Source: Takakia lepidozioides
Taxonomy: Eukaryota > Plantae > Bryophyta
Assembly (NCBI GenBank): GCA_030704615.1
Contig: CM060731.1
Coordinates: 67,394,001-67,458,000, forward strand
DNA: 64,000 nucleotides
Direction: 5' to 3'
Below the pieces are notes generated by a model. The model was not told the origin of the DNA, made no database searches, and saw nothing but the letters and a program-made list of their open reading frames with translations. Positions 36,701 through 51,069 of this stretch are shown here, one piece after another (the first letter of the stretch is position 1; every line of letters begins with the position of its first letter). Position numbers and translations under genes: made by a program.

Positions 36701-37663
36701 GCCAAGAAGAGTGCACTGGGAGGAGCTGGAGAGGCTCCACCCTTGGCCGGGACTTGGAGGAAGTCGGCCGAACTAGCTAGTGGAGAGTAGAGTCAAGTGT
36801 GGGGTTTGGTTCTTTGCCATGGGACGCCATGGTACGGAAACAAACTCCTTGATGTGGGACGCCACAACTTGGATGTTCGTTTCTACAAAATGACAAGTCG
36901 ATGAGGACATCGACTCCCTGTTGGTAGGGGTGTGTGTCGCGGCCCTTTGCCTTGAGGGCAGGGGGTCGGGGCACATGAGGGGCTGCCCCTGTGGTGGGGG
37001 CAGCGGCAGCGATAGGTATGGGGGGGCTGAAGCACCCTTGAGTGCCCAAGGCACTCAAGGAGGCAGAGGCGCTCACTAGGTGGAGCCCCGCACACCGGGT
37101 TGCGGTGGGGGTGGCTCCACAAGGGGTGGTGGTAGCTTAGCGGGACTTAGTGGGGGTGGCATAGGACTCACCATGGGGGCGGAGACCTCGTGGTGGGAGT
37201 CGTGGGGAGTCTTGGGACTCATCACGGTCCATAGGGGCCGTGGTGAGTGGGCCAAGACTCACCGCGACTCATCATCGGGAGTCGAGGGTTTTCGTGGTGG
37301 TTCGCCATAAAATGGCATGGCTGGTTGTGAAACCCCCGCGGACAGCTATAGAAGTATATATAAGGGGAGTAGTGACCCCAAGAACGGTGCAAGCCCGTTG
37401 GTGACCAAAAACTAGTGAACAAGCGAGCGAGCCGGAAAGCGACCAAAGAGTGGGGAGCTGTTCCGGACTGCCATCTACCAAAGGGAATTCCACTAGGCCC
37501 AAATAGGTGGAGGGTTTAGTGGGAGAGCGAAGGGGGACCGTTATGTCCCGGTGAGTAGCCGAAGCTCCAAGTTGGCCCGGCGGCCAGGTTGGGAGTCAGG
37601 CGTGCGCATCAAAGCGAGTAACTATGACTTGAAGGGGAGCTTACCGAAGTGAGGTGCGCGACA
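30796..37663 (+). mobile_element. Full-length chromovirus (Galadriel-like) LTR retrotransposon; LTRs 30796-31521 and 36935-37663
   Basis: TG...CA LTRs nearly identical; 5-bp TSD GTGCG; Met-i PBS TGGTATCAGAGC at 31524-31535. Confidence 0.93.
31577..36031 (+). pseudogene. gag-pol with C-terminal chromodomain (frameshifts and stops after RT)
   Basis: [76 protein letters not shown]...YLVKWKGY...SWV. Confidence 0.92.
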
Positions 37664-38652
37664 GTGCGGGCTTGTTTCAATGCACCTACTCCACAATTGT
37701 ATCACACAAAATATAAATATAAATATCTAAAATGTCCTAGTTAACTAGAAGTAGGTAATTCTAGATAACCATGACTAAAACCATGACAGCTGTCGTGCAC
37801 CTAAGCATCGTGCCACAACATACATCGTTGTCCACCACACAATCTAAGCACACAATCCTAGAAAGCTATACCACAATCGCCCCCCTAACAGGTGGTTAGG
37901 TCCCTCTAACTCCAGATAGCTACAAGATGTAATAACCACAGCCGTACTAAGTCCTCTATCACTGTCCCTATTGTACTCAAACTCTATAGACCAAGAGGCC
38001 GGGTACAAAAGCAACCCCATCGTTAGTCGTCGTCTTGCAATCTGTGAACTTGAGTCAGGATCTCGTGTGTTGGTCTCCTAGTAGCTTGGCCTTGCATTTC
38101 TTGTTAGCCTTCCATGGTTGTATCCACTCCCACTATCCAATGCAATGCGGACATAACCAATCCCCATCAGGAACCATCTCAAGAGGTGGAGTCAAGCATC
38201 CCATATGCCAACCTCTAGAGCATTGATCACAAACCAGCATGGTGGCTGTCCCTCTAGCAGACCCACACAACATGCACCTCAAACTTGCAGGTACCATTGC
38301 CAGATTTGGGTCAACCCTTCCATCAACAAAGGTGACATGGCGCGCAATTACGCACATGGTCCTTCCAAATCATGCCATCCCGACCCTCCAAGATCAGAAC
38401 TCCTGAGGGCAACACCTCTCGAAACCCTCAAAATAGTACGTCATGCACTCACATCCAAGGTTGTAGGAGCAGTCTGCTGCAGATAAACATAGTCACCAGG
38501 GTTAAATCTCCGAACCCCAGGACGATAGCCCCCACCACGTATGGTAGCATACCTCAACGTATCACGATGTTGTGCAATGGCAAGGTTCTCAAAAGCCATG
38601 GGCATGACTTTCTTGAACAACTCTGCACGCTGATCACATGCACGTGCCCACA

Positions 38653-41600
38653 TGTCGCGCACCTCACTTCGGTAAGCTCCCCTTCAAGTCATAGTTACTC
38701 GCTTTGATGCGCGCGCCTGACTCCCAACCTGGCCGCCGGGCCAACTCGGAGCTTCGGCTGCTCACCGGGACATAACGGTCCCCCTTCGCTCTCCCGAAAG
38801 TCCCTCCACCTATTTGGGCCTAGTGGAATTCCCTTTGGTAGATGGCAGTCCGGAACAGCTCCCCACTCTTTGGTCACTTTCCGGCTCGCTTGCTTACTCA
38901 CTAGTTTTTGGACACCAACGGGCTTGCACCGTTCTCGGGGTTACTACTCCCTATATATACTTCTGTAGCTGTCCGCGGGGGTTTCACAACCAGCCATGCC
39001 ATTTTATGGCGAACCACCACGGAGACCCTCGATTCCCAGTGGTGAGTCGCGGTGAGTCTTGGCCCACTCACCGCGGCCCCAATGGACCGTGATGAGTCCC
39101 AAGACTCCCCACGACTCCCACCTCGAGGTCTCCACCCCATGGTGAGTCCTATGCCACCCCCACTAAGTCCCGCTAAGCTACCACCACCCCTGTGGAGCCA
39201 CCCCCACCGCAACCCGGTGTGCGGGGCTCCACCTAGTGAGTGCCTCCGCCTCCTTGAGTGCCTTGGGCACTCAAGGGTGCTTCAGCCCCCCATACCTATC
39301 GCCGCTGCTGCCCCCACCACAGGGGCAGCCCCTCATGTGTCCCGACCAATTGCCCTCAAGGCAAAGGGCCGCAACACACACCCCTACCAACAGGGAGTCG
39401 ATGTCCTCATCAACTTGTCATTTTGTAGAAACGAACATCCAAGTTGTGGCGTCCCACATCAAGGAGTTTGTTTCCGTACCATGGCGTCCCATGGCAAAGA
39501 ACCAAACCCCACACTTGACTCTACTCTCCACTAGCTAGTTCGGCCGACTTCCTCCAAGTCCCGGCCAAGGGTGGAGCCTCTCAAGCTCCTCCCAGTGCAC
39601 TCTTCTTGGCCTACTTCAAGGCCAAGGAACGATCCTCCTCGAGGATCGAATCGCCTTACTGCAACAACATTGCTTGCGACCGCTCATGATGCCGCTTTTG
39701 GCATCATCTTGAGCAAGGGTTCCCTGGAACCCTCTTTGACTAGGAAGATAACCTTGAACCAACCGTGCGCCCCAATCACTACAATTGGGTCCGCCTTGGA
39801 ATGCTGGCCTGAGGTACGGGAACACGCCGAAGCCGCACTACGACTTCGTCCCGAGGCTACACGATTATAGTACGTGAACGGAAGCACGTAGCTTCCGCGT
39901 TAGCCCGCACTACAAGGCAATCCCCTCGGTAGCGCAATTATAGTACGCGCACGCGCCAGGTGCGCACTAGCACGTGAACTCCCAAAGAAGGCGCAAGTTT
40001 CCTTGCCCCGATTTTGGCACTACGCAAACACACGATTAACCCAATTTACCTCTCCCACTTTTATAAGCTAGCATGCATTCTACACACTAGCCAACCATAC
40101 CATGCATCACCATTCCAAACAAAATAGGACGCACAACATTTGGAATCCATTTCATTTATAGCACGTTTTGTACAATACAAGTTTTTGCAATCGGATTCCT
40201 AAGCTAGCTAAGCCGGGCTAAGCATGCATTTCCTCCCCCACGCTCCAAGGTTGATGTCCCCATCAACGCTTCTTCCGCTTTTGAGGTCGCTCTTCGGAAG
40301 CTGCAACTGCCTCGGATGCGTTTCCCATTTCTGAGGCACGCACCCAAGATGCCTCCACGTGATGATAGCCCTTCCATTTGACGAGATACTCCGTTTCTCG
40401 GTTCCTGAACCTCCTCGACTTAAGTATTGCCTCCACCTCGTACTCAGGTTCATTTTCATGATCCAACAGCATAGGTGGCGGACGCAACACTTGATGTCGA
40501 TTCGGACGCGCTTCATCTTTGAAGTAAGGCTTCAAAAGGGAGACATGGAATACTGGGTGCACTTTGCTGTTTGCCGGCAGCTCCAATTCATATACATCCT
40601 CATTCATAACCTTCCGAATGCGAAAGGGTCCCGCATACGGAGGTACGAACTTCGGACTCACTTCCGGAGGTAGTCGGAAATTCTTGATGTTCAACCAGAC
40701 CTCTGTGCCTGCCTCAAACTTCACTTCCCTCCGCTTCCGATTCGCCTGCCTTTCATACCGTTTCCTAGCTTTGGCAATATTGTACTTTGCGAGCTTCAAC
40801 AAACGCTCGCGTTCTTCCAGTACCGCCGCTACTTCCGGTTCCTCAACGTCCTGGGCGGCCCAACTTGTCGGCACCAGAGGTGCTTTTCCATAGACCAATA
40901 CGAAAGGGGAAACTCCCGTTGCGGAGTGTTCTGTGTTATTATAACAGAACTCTGCCGCGTCTAAGTGTTCCATCCAGTCTGATTGGTCTGCCGACACGTA
41001 ATTCCGCAAGAATTGCTTCACTACGGAATTCACTCTTTCCGTTTGGCCGTCGGTCGTAGGTCGGAAGGCGGTGCTCATCTTCAGCCTCGTCCCCATCTTC
41101 TTCCAAAGTGCTCTCCAGAATTTACTCGTAAACTTTGGATCGCGGTCCGAGACAATATCCTTCGGGACTCCATGATGCTTTAAGACGTGGGTGAAGTAAA
41201 GTCGCCCTGTCTCCTGCGCCGTTGCCGTCTCCTTGGTGGGGATGAAATGGCCCATTTTACTGAACCTATCCACCACCACCATGATTGCATCGAATCCTTT
41301 TGACAGCGGCATAGCAGTCATGAAATCCATCGAGACGCTTTCCCAAGTCCCCTCTGGAATCGGCAAGGGTTGTAATAGCCCCGCTTGCTTTTTGTACTCG
41401 CTCCGGTTTTGTTGGCATGTGGTGCATGTCTTGACATACTCCTCTGCCTCCTCCCTCAGTTTGGGCCAGAAATACCTTTCTTCAAGAGTGCCGCAGTGCG
41501 CTTGGCTCCGCCGTGGCCCGCAAGCGGGCTATCATGACATTCTCTCAAGAGGCTATCTCTGATCCCTCCCTTTGGCACATAGAGACGTTTTTGCTTATAC

Positions 41601-44600
41601 CGGAGCAGTCCATTTTGCAAGTGGAACTGCGATTTAACCCCCATCCTCAAGTCCTGCATCACGGACTTCGCCAGCTCATCCTTCCGGCAAGCCTTCCGGA
41701 TCTTCCTTTGGAGTGCCGACTCGCCCTTGTACACCAACAAGAGCTGCTGCTTTCTACTTAATGCATCGGCCACCACATTGTCCCGTCCCGGTTTGTACTG
41801 GATATCCACGTCGAACACCGCCAAAGTATCTTGCCACCTAAGTTGTTTTGGGGACAACTTGGGCTGCGTGGCAAAATACTTCACTGTGACATTGTCCGTG
41901 AACACCTTCACTGGGTTGGAACCAACATAGTGGCGCCAAAGCTCAAGGCAATGCACCATCGCCTTCATCTCTTTTTCGTGCGTCGGCCACCGTCGCTCCA
42001 CTTCATTCAGTTTCTTACTTTCGTAAGCCACTGGACGTCCATCTTGCATAAGTACACCCCCAATCGCGAAGTCCGACGCATCTGTATGAATCTCAAATGG
42101 ACGATCGAACTCCGGGATTTTCAAGACTGGAGCTTCCGCCATCCGCTGCTTCAATTCAGCAAAAGCTTGGCCACAAAAGGTGTTCCATGCCCAGACTTTA
42201 GATTTACACAGAAGGTCCGACAGCGGCCCCGCGATCTTGGCGAAATTTCTCACATACTTCCGGTAATAGGAGGCGAGTCCTAGGAAGGATCGCACTCCCG
42301 GGACCGAAGTCGGAGGCTCCCAGTCCAAGATCGCCCTCACCTTTCTGTCATCCATTTTGATCCCTCCTGTGTAATCACATGCCCCAAGAACTCCACTTTC
42401 GTGACCCCGAATTCGCATTTTGAAGCTTTGGCGTACAGCTTCCCTTCCCGCAACTTTTGGAACACCCTTTTGAGGTGCTCCAGGTGCTCCTCCTTTGTTT
42501 TCGAGTACACCAAGATGTCGTCGATGTACACGATCACAAAGTCATCCAACCACTCCTGAAAAAGGCTGTTCATCAGCGTGCTAAAGGTCGCCGGTGCATT
42601 AGTGAGCCCAAAAAGCATCACCAAGAACTCATATGAACCATACCTTGTCCTGCACGCGGTCTTCTCCTCATCTCCTTCCGCCACCCGAATTTGATGATAG
42701 CCGGAGCGCAAGTCGATCCGGCTGAAATACTTCGCTCCTGCCAACCGTCGAAAAGGTCGTTGATCCTTGGCAAAGGGTACCGGTTTTTAATAGTCACCTT
42801 ATTCAAAGCCATGTAATCGACACACATCCGCAGCGTCCCATCCTTCTTGTCTGCAAATAGCACCGGGGCTCCGTAAGGTGACTTACTCGGCCGGATGTAT
42901 CCCTTTGACATTAGATCCTTGAGCTGAGTCTTCAGCTCGACCAACTCTCTGTGGCTCAACCGGTAGGGCACCTTGGCAGGCGGTTTTGATCCCGGTATCA
43001 CCTCGATCTTGTGGTCAACTCCTCTTCGCGGTGGCAAGCCGCTTGGTAAATCCTCCGGCATCACATCCTGGTATTTCTCCAAAATCCCCTTGATCCAATC
43101 TGGGCTCGGCTCCCCATCACCTTCTCCCTTCACTTCTCTAATGTAAAGCAAAAACTGGGGTTCGTGTGTCTCCTCCACGGCCCACTCCCTTGCTGACAGA
43201 AGGTTTATTCGCCCTCCCACGGACTTGGGCGTTTCTGACACTCGTAAAACCTCGCCACCATTCCCACATGGCAGCGTGACTACTCTCTTGCGGCCATCTA
43301 TGACCGCTCCGGATTTGCTCAAAAAGGTCATCCCCAAAATGAGATCCACTCCATCGATCTCGCAGATGGTGAAGTTCTCACGTCCCTCCCAACTCCCCAG
43401 TTGAAGAGGAACATCAATCGTCAACCTTGTCGCCAACTGTGGTTCTCCTTTGGCAGAACGCACCACAATAAGGCCCCCACGTCACTTGTCGGGAGTCCCA
43501 GCTTTTGTGCCGTTGCCGGTGTCATGAAGGAGTGCGACGCTCCTGTGCACCAACAACGACACATTAGTTCCGGATATTATCCCATCCACGAACAATAACT
43601 GACTCCCTTTTTGTAAGGCGCCAGTTTCTTGATACAACTCACAAGAAAATTTGCCTACCTTGCAAGTCCTGGCGACCACCGCTTCCACCAAGCGACTGAT
43701 GGTATCTTCCGACAGCTCCGTGGTTGCCCGAGTCATGTTCAATTGTCGAGGTTTTGTGCACTTCTTGGCCATGTGCCCGGGCTCCCCGCAATTGAAACAC
43801 ACTCCATCAAAGGTTGCCTTCTGTCCGCCATAAGCCGCTCCACCCGCTTTTCCTTTTGAAGCACCGGGTGCCGCCTTGACGTGTGAAGGACCTCCCTTTG
43901 ATTTCCACGTGCCATTTTCGCCGCGTGGCCTATCCCACTTCTTTTCCGGTCGGGAGGAGTCACCTTCCCGCCGAATCTTCTTGTGGTTCAGCTCCGTACG
44001 GCCTTGTCTTTCACCCCTAGGGACATCTGAGAAACATTCAGCCCTCTCAATAGCCTCATTCAAAGTCTTGGGTGGCTTCTCCTCCAACTTCCGCCTGGCC
44101 CATGGGGCCAGTCCCGCCACAAATTTGAAGACCATTTCTGGTTCGGCCATGTCCGCGACTTCGAGCAACAGCACATTGAAAGCCTGGACATACCCCCGAA
44201 TGTCATCTGTTTGCTTCAAATTCCTCATCTTGTTCCGGGCAAGCCAAGATGCGTTGAGGGGCACAAACTGTCTCTTCATCAATTCCTTGAACCCACTCCA
44301 GTTCAAGGTTTCCGGGCTTGGGCCTCGGTCGTGAAGGCGTTTCTGCCACTATTGTTGAGCATAGCCCCTCAAATAGGTGGGAGCCACTTCCACCCGATCC
44401 TCGTCACTCAACTTGGCCGCCCGAAAGTACTGCTCTAGCTCCAGGAGCCAGGTGTTGAGTGCCTTCCGATTTCGAACGCCCTCGAAGGTGCCGGGTTTCT
44501 TAGGCTTCACCTTAAACTTTGCCTTAGTGGAAGTGGCATTAGCCGCCTTCAACACGTCTTTCAACGTCCCGCCAAACTGCGCCAACAACCCTTCCCAAAA

Positions 44601-45576
44601 GGCTACCGGCATGGGAGGCATCTCTTGGTTTGTCGGAGCTCTCAAGGATTCCTCCCGCTCCTGAGCGGCCTCGTTTTCGAAAACATTCATCGCTTCCTCA
44701 AACGGCCGCCTCGGTGACACGTCGCCCCCATCGGGCTCACCAGGGTCATCATCTTTTGGGCCGTTCCGCTTTCGCTTTGGTTTGCCCGACCCCATGATGA
44801 GGCCAATCCCAAGGACGATCGCGTACTGAACTCTAAGCTCTGATACCAAGTGTCGCCGGGCCTCACTTCGGTAAGCTCCCCTTCAAGTCATAGTTACTCG
44901 CTTTGATGCGCGCGCCTGACTCCCAACCTGGCCGCCGGGCCAACTCGGAGCTTCGACTGCTCACCGGGACATAACGGTCCCCCTTCGCTCTCCCGAAAGT
45001 CCCTCCACCTATTTGGGCCTAGTGGAATTCCCTTTGGTAGATGGCAGTCCGGAACAGCTCCCCACTCTTTGGTCGCTTTCCGGCTCGCTTGCTTACTCAC
45101 TAGTTTTTGGACACCAACGGGCTTGCACCGTTCTCGGGGTTACTACTCCCTATATATACTTCTGTAGCTGTCCGCGGGGGTTTCACAACCAGCCATGCCA
45201 TTTTATGGCGAACCACCACGGAGACCCTCGATTCCCAGTGGTGAGTCGCGGTGAGTCTTGGCCCACTCACCGCGGCCCCAATGGACCGTGATGAGTCCCA
45301 AGACTCCCCACGACTCCCACCTCGAGGTCTCCACCCCATGGTGAGTCCTATGCCACCCCCACTAAGTCCCGCTAAGCTACCACCACCCCTTGTGGAGCCA
45401 CCCCCACCGCAACCCGGTGTGCGGGGCTCCACCTAGTGAGTGCCTCCGCCTCCTTGAGTGCCTTGGGCACTCAAGGGTGCTTCAGCCCCCCATACCTATC
45501 GCCGCTGCTGCCCCCACCACAGGGGCAGCCCCTCATGTGTCCCGACCCCCTGCCCTCAAGGCAAAGGGCCGCGACA
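38653..45576 (-). mobile_element. Second full-length Galadriel-like chromovirus; LTRs 38653-39376 and 44851-45576
   Basis: 5-bp TSD CCACA at 38648-38652 and 45577-45581; PBS on minus strand 44837-44848; frameshifted gag-pol-chromodomain 40263-44849. Confidence 0.93.
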
Positions 45577-48500
45577 CCACATGTCCGGATCGTCAAGGTT
45601 GAGAACTGTAGCAGCTTCTCTACGAATGGATGTAGGCAAATCCGGCTCTCGGCCAAAGAGAAGAAAATGGTGAGAAGGAGGCAAGTGATGCTTGCTTGCT
45701 GAACCTGTAGCCCATGGCTAACCAAGGTAACTGAAGGTCCCAATCTCCTAGATGTCTCTTCTGCAAGCCATACTTGCGCAAACCCCTCTTCACTGTCTGA
45801 ACAACCCTCTCTGCCAAGCCATCGGCCTCAGGATGATCTCGAGAAGTGGTGCGGTGGTCTACCAAGGCCTTCTCACACAACGCTTGAAACTCCCCCAAGA
45901 ACTCTCTCCCTTGGTCCATGAGTACCTTAGCTGGAGCACCGAATTGGCTAAGTACACAATCCAAGAATGCATACGCAGCTCTTTCACTAGCCTAATCAGG
46001 CAATAGAACCAACTCGATTCACTTGGAGAAGTGCTCCACCATCACCAACACGTACTTGTTGTGGCGCATGGTCAGTGGCAACGGCCCTGCGAAGTCAAGA
46101 CTCCACCTGTAGCCCAATCCCATGATCGGAGGAGGGTGCAATTGTGGAGTAGGGGCGTTGAATGAAGCACGCACCCTGTCACACACCATGCACCTAGCCT
46201 TAAATTGTTGCACCTCTGTGTGCATACCACGCCACCAATACTTCCCCTACAGTAGATTATGAGTGCGTCGCACCCCAAAATGCCCCAACTCCTCATGGGC
46301 ATGCCGCACTAACCGTGCCCACTGTGTTGGGTGAGGCACAATCCTCACTCGACCATCCTCCCACACTCGGAGCAGGTGTGTCCCCTCCCACTTAAACCTC
46401 TTGGCTCGATGTAGGATCCGATCCCTCTCCTTGGCAGTCACAGTGGTTGTCATGTCTCCAATGCGGAGGTAGTCCAACACAGCTGAATCCTCATGTATAT
46501 CTTTGGCGCCACCTTGCTCATTGCTGGCCTCAGGGTCCTCAGACACTCGGTCTACAGTCATCCCTGTTGTAGGTCCAACCTGGCCTTCCGCTGCCAAGAT
46601 ACACAGAAATGCAGATGCATGCCATCCGGGCACCATCTCCTCGTCCGTCTCACCATGCCACCGAGCTCCAGTATTACCTGCTGGCTCATGCATGGATTAC
46701 GACTCAACCCATCTACATCCCGATTGACCAAACCCGGTCGATGCACAACCTGAAAGTCATACTCTTGAAGGATGAGTGCCCACCGTGCAAGCTTCCCCGT
46801 AAGCTTGTCTGACTCTATCAACCACTTGAGTGGTTGATGATCCGTGACAAGGGTGAAGAGATTGCCGTATAGATAGCACCTGAAGTGTGCCACGGCCCAC
46901 ACTGCAGCTAAGCATTCTCCCTCATATGAGCTATACTTAGACTCTGCAACGTTGTTCCGGCGGCTAGCATAAGCCACTACGAACTCGCTTCCCTCATCAT
47001 CCACCTGTGTGAGCACCGCTCCAAGCCCCAACATGCTCCAATCTGTATGCAGCTGAAAAAGACGCCCCCTGATAGGTTGTCTCAAGATGGGCGCCGAGGT
47101 CAACCTCGCCTTGAGCTCTTGAAAAGCTTGTTCTTGCTCATCTTCCCACTACCACTCCTGGTCCACCTTGGTCAGTTTGGTTAGAGCCTTTGCAATGGCA
47201 CTAAATCCCTTAACAAACCGTCTATAATAGTTTGCTAACCCCATGAAAGCTCGAACTCGGCTCACATCCGTGGGACGTGGAATCTGTGCAATGGACTCTA
47301 TCTTAGTCTGCTGTACCTCCAATCCTCCAGGATATATCATGTGACCCAGATACTCAATTTGGTTGTGGAAAAACTTGCACTTCTCCGGATGTAACTTCAA
47401 TCCGTGCGCCCTCAAGCGCTCAAATATCACCTGAACGTGTCTCTCATGCCCCTCCACCATAGCACTAAAGATGATGATGTCATCTATGTAGCACCGAGCA
47501 AACTCCACCCCTGCTAGAATCCTGTCCATGACTCTCTGAAACTCTGCCGGAGCATTCTTAAGCCCAAATGGTAAGAACCGCCACTGGTATAGGCAATCCT
47601 TCCCGTGCTCATTGATCCCCCAGAATGTCGTATTCTGCTTATCCGCCTCTTTGATCGGCAACTGGTGATATCCGGATCGTAAATCCAAAGTGCTAAAGAC
47701 CTTGGCATGCCCAATGGCATCAAAGATCTCCTCTGGTGTCGGCATGGCATACCTATCGGACTTGGTCTGACAATTTACAGGCCGGTAATCACCGCACATA
47801 CGTCTCTCCGTCCAATTGCCATAGACGTCTTTCTTGGCTGGCATCACTGTGGCTGAAGCATACTCTCTCCCAGATAGCTCCACCAAACCAGCCTCCCAAA
47901 GGTCCTGAGTTCTCATCTGAATTAAGGACCTCTCCATGTCACTGTATCTATAGGGTTTCCAAGGCCAATCCTAGAGTATGCTGTCGGTGGTGAGGCTGGA
48001 GTGATGACCAGCAAGACCACCGGTGTTTCTTCTATGGTGAGGCTGGGTTGATGACCAGCAGACCATAGGAGTGCTTGCGGTGGATGCAGGTGCAGGTACA
48101 GGTCTACGTTAGAAACCTATTATTCCTGCTTGAACCAGTAGCCGCAACAGGTTCTCTACCCGGTTACCTTATAGAAAGTGGGGATTAGAGACAGGTTGAC
48201 AACCGGTTGGGTTGTGAGTTTTCATCACGGAGGTGCCACCAGCTGCTGAGGGGAGTGCCGGTACGAGCACCAGCAATACTAGTGGGTACACAAGATGAGG
48301 TGTGCGGTTTAGGCCACTTTCACCTTCAGTGTCTTCTGAGGAAGGTTCAGACTCGGAGTCAGGAGGATTCTCACCGAGGGTGCAAGTCATTTCCGTGCCA
48401 TTGTTGTGGGACACGATGGAGGAGATGTATGGAGCTACCAAGGGGCCACGTAGGTACTCTGGAGCTGTGGGCACCATCGAGCTTGATGACTTTATACAAG

Positions 48501-51069
48501 AGTTTGACAGTTAGTTTGATTTGCAGCAAATGCGTAATCCACAACTGTTTACGCCCTTTATGGCGTGGAAGGGGCTATTCCAGCACCTTGAGGAGCCGCC
48601 CATGGATGATTACCATGAATTTAGGCGGGGACATGCGGTGGAGATTGAGGAGTGGCGAGAGTATTGGTCACCTTACTATGTCTCAATCACTAGAGGCACA
48701 AGGGCAGCGGTGACACCAGCAGCTACACAAACATCTCCAACTACAAGCACTAGTAGTGGAACAAGTAGTGCCGACACTTCTGCAGGTGGTACCAGTTCAA
48801 AAGGTGCTACTACTCCTCCTGCCATGACTACAACATATGTGCCTAGATTCAACCCGGTGGTGGAGTTCTTCCAGGAGTTGCGGAGGAACTACCATGTGTA
48901 CGGACAGAGAAGCTGCGAAGTTTGCAAGACTTCCAGCGCAAATCCAGTGAGAGCTTGCGAGAGGCCTACACTCGTATGAGGCGCTTGATAAGTGTGACCC
49001 AAGGGGTTACTGAAGCTCAGGCGGTCCAATTCTGGTATGGAATTTTGGACAAGGAGCTCAGGAGAAGGGTGCGGGATGCAACCCTGTTACAAGCGGCCCA
49101 ACCCACATTAGCATATGTGTTTCTGCTGACTAAGCGGATTGAGCTCAACATGGTGGAAGAGCGAGTTGTTACCATTGGATTTGGCAAGGACATGCCTGCA
49201 CAAGGCGCAGCTACTAGCCAACAGGTACAAGGGACTGCCCAACAGCGTGGTCAGGGGGGCAAGGTTGCCCAACCCAAATTCCATGGAGCTTACAGGGGAC
49301 CTCAGGTGCAGAGGCCAATAGCTTCTTTTGCAGGCCAACAGCAACCAGGGGTGGTATGTTGGACATGTGGAGGACCCCATGTCAAGAAAGATTGCCCAGA
49401 AAGTGGCAAAGGGCCGGCACAAGCACAGCCTGCAGTGAGGGCATTGTGGCAAGTATGGGCATGGAGATGCCCAGTGTTATGACTTGCACCCTGATTTGCG
49501 GCAAGGCCAGTTCCAAGGGAACAATGGTGGCCGAGGGCGAGGTGGAGCACCTCAGAGAGGACGAGGTGCAAGACGAGGGCAAGCACAATATGGCCAAGGA
49601 CGTGGAGGTCAGGGCGTTGACCAAGGTATGGCCAACCGGCTTCAGTAGCTAGAGCAAAGGCTCGCTGCCATGGCCACAGCTCAGGTGGTACCAGCTCCCA
49701 GACCTGAGGGTCCACCTCCTGTTCCTCCTCAGCAGCGTCATCCTGACGGAGGAGACGTGGGAGGCATGGGATTTATGTGTGGGGCAGCACTACCACTAGT
49801 GCAGGTGGAGTCTGCTGCAGCCGTCACTCGAGGAGCAGCACGAGTTCTTGAGCCACGAGGTGCAGAGGTGAAGTTGGATTCACAACGTGGGGAGGCAACC
49901 GGTTAGGCTAGGTTTCCTCAACCATTCATCTTGGCGGAAACAGTGTCGACGACATCCATGGCACCTAATTCTCGCCCCATGGATACCGAGGCGGAGGTTA
50001 TTGTGCCATTGAGAAGAGCTACACGTGCAGCACTGACACATGCTGCCAAGGCTAGTGCAGCCAGTGTGTTGTTGGGGGCGGCCACCTCTGTGTGAGAGGC
50101 CCCACTGTTCTCGGCAACCATGATTACGACGCCGGGGGTAAGACCAGCTACAGTGTTCAGACTAGCAGCAACACTCTGTGAGAATGGGGAGGTCACTTCA
50201 TCTTCTACGGAGTTAGTGGAAGGTGTAGTGGCAGAGGGATCCTCGGATCTGAGGGTCAAGACTGCCACGGCTGGGCCATGGCAAGCTGCAGCTGCCAGGT
50301 TGACGGAGCTGCCAGTTAGGCCAGCCTTTGAGCGCGCCATGGTGACACCTGGAGTTGTCTTGTTAGACAACCAGGATGACATTTTCTCTTTGAGTGGACC
50401 GGCAGACAAGAGGTACCGGCCACAACGGGTCTTGTTGGACTCGGGAGCTCAGCCACTAATGTTGGGCAAAGCCGCTATTGCAGGTTTGGGCCTCATGGAG
50501 GTGGATATGGAGCCTTGTCCCTTCCAGATATAGACATGATGGCTCAGTGATGCGAGCCAAGGCCATTGTGACAGACGCGGTCTCTTACGATGTTCTCGTT
50601 GGTGGGGCAGTGTTGTATCCCATGGGCTTCACCCTGGATTTTTGGGAGGAGTCAGCATCCTACAGGCCTGGATGGTAGTCAGAGGATGGTCGTCGTGTAC
50701 AGCTCCCTGTGACGTTCATTGGGGGTGTTGCTGCTACCCAACGGGGCAAGATGCCAACACTAGCAGCCTTCACAGCTGCAGTTGTTGGCCTGGAGAGTTG
50801 CTGGAGGGCAATGCCCATGTAGAGAATGTGCCACCTCTACCAGAGCAGGATGACATGCATGGTATGGCGGAGTTGCCTTCCATGGTTGCTCACACTCCAT
50901 TGTGAGGTACGAGCAAGGATTTGCAGCAGGCTGCTGATAGACGGGTGCAACAAGCCTGGGTAGAGGCCTTTGTACCGTAAGGAGAGGAGGAGAATGCGGC
51001 GATTGCACCAGGACCACCTCAGTTGTTGCCATTGGATACCACACCTCTTGTGTGGCAGTGCCCGGATGA

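Noticed and set aside
36441-37502. Short ORFs in the chromovirus 3' UTR/LTR shared by both copies
   Set aside because: They are GC-rich, mostly have non-ATG starts, show no motifs, and are shared simply because the copies are near-identical.
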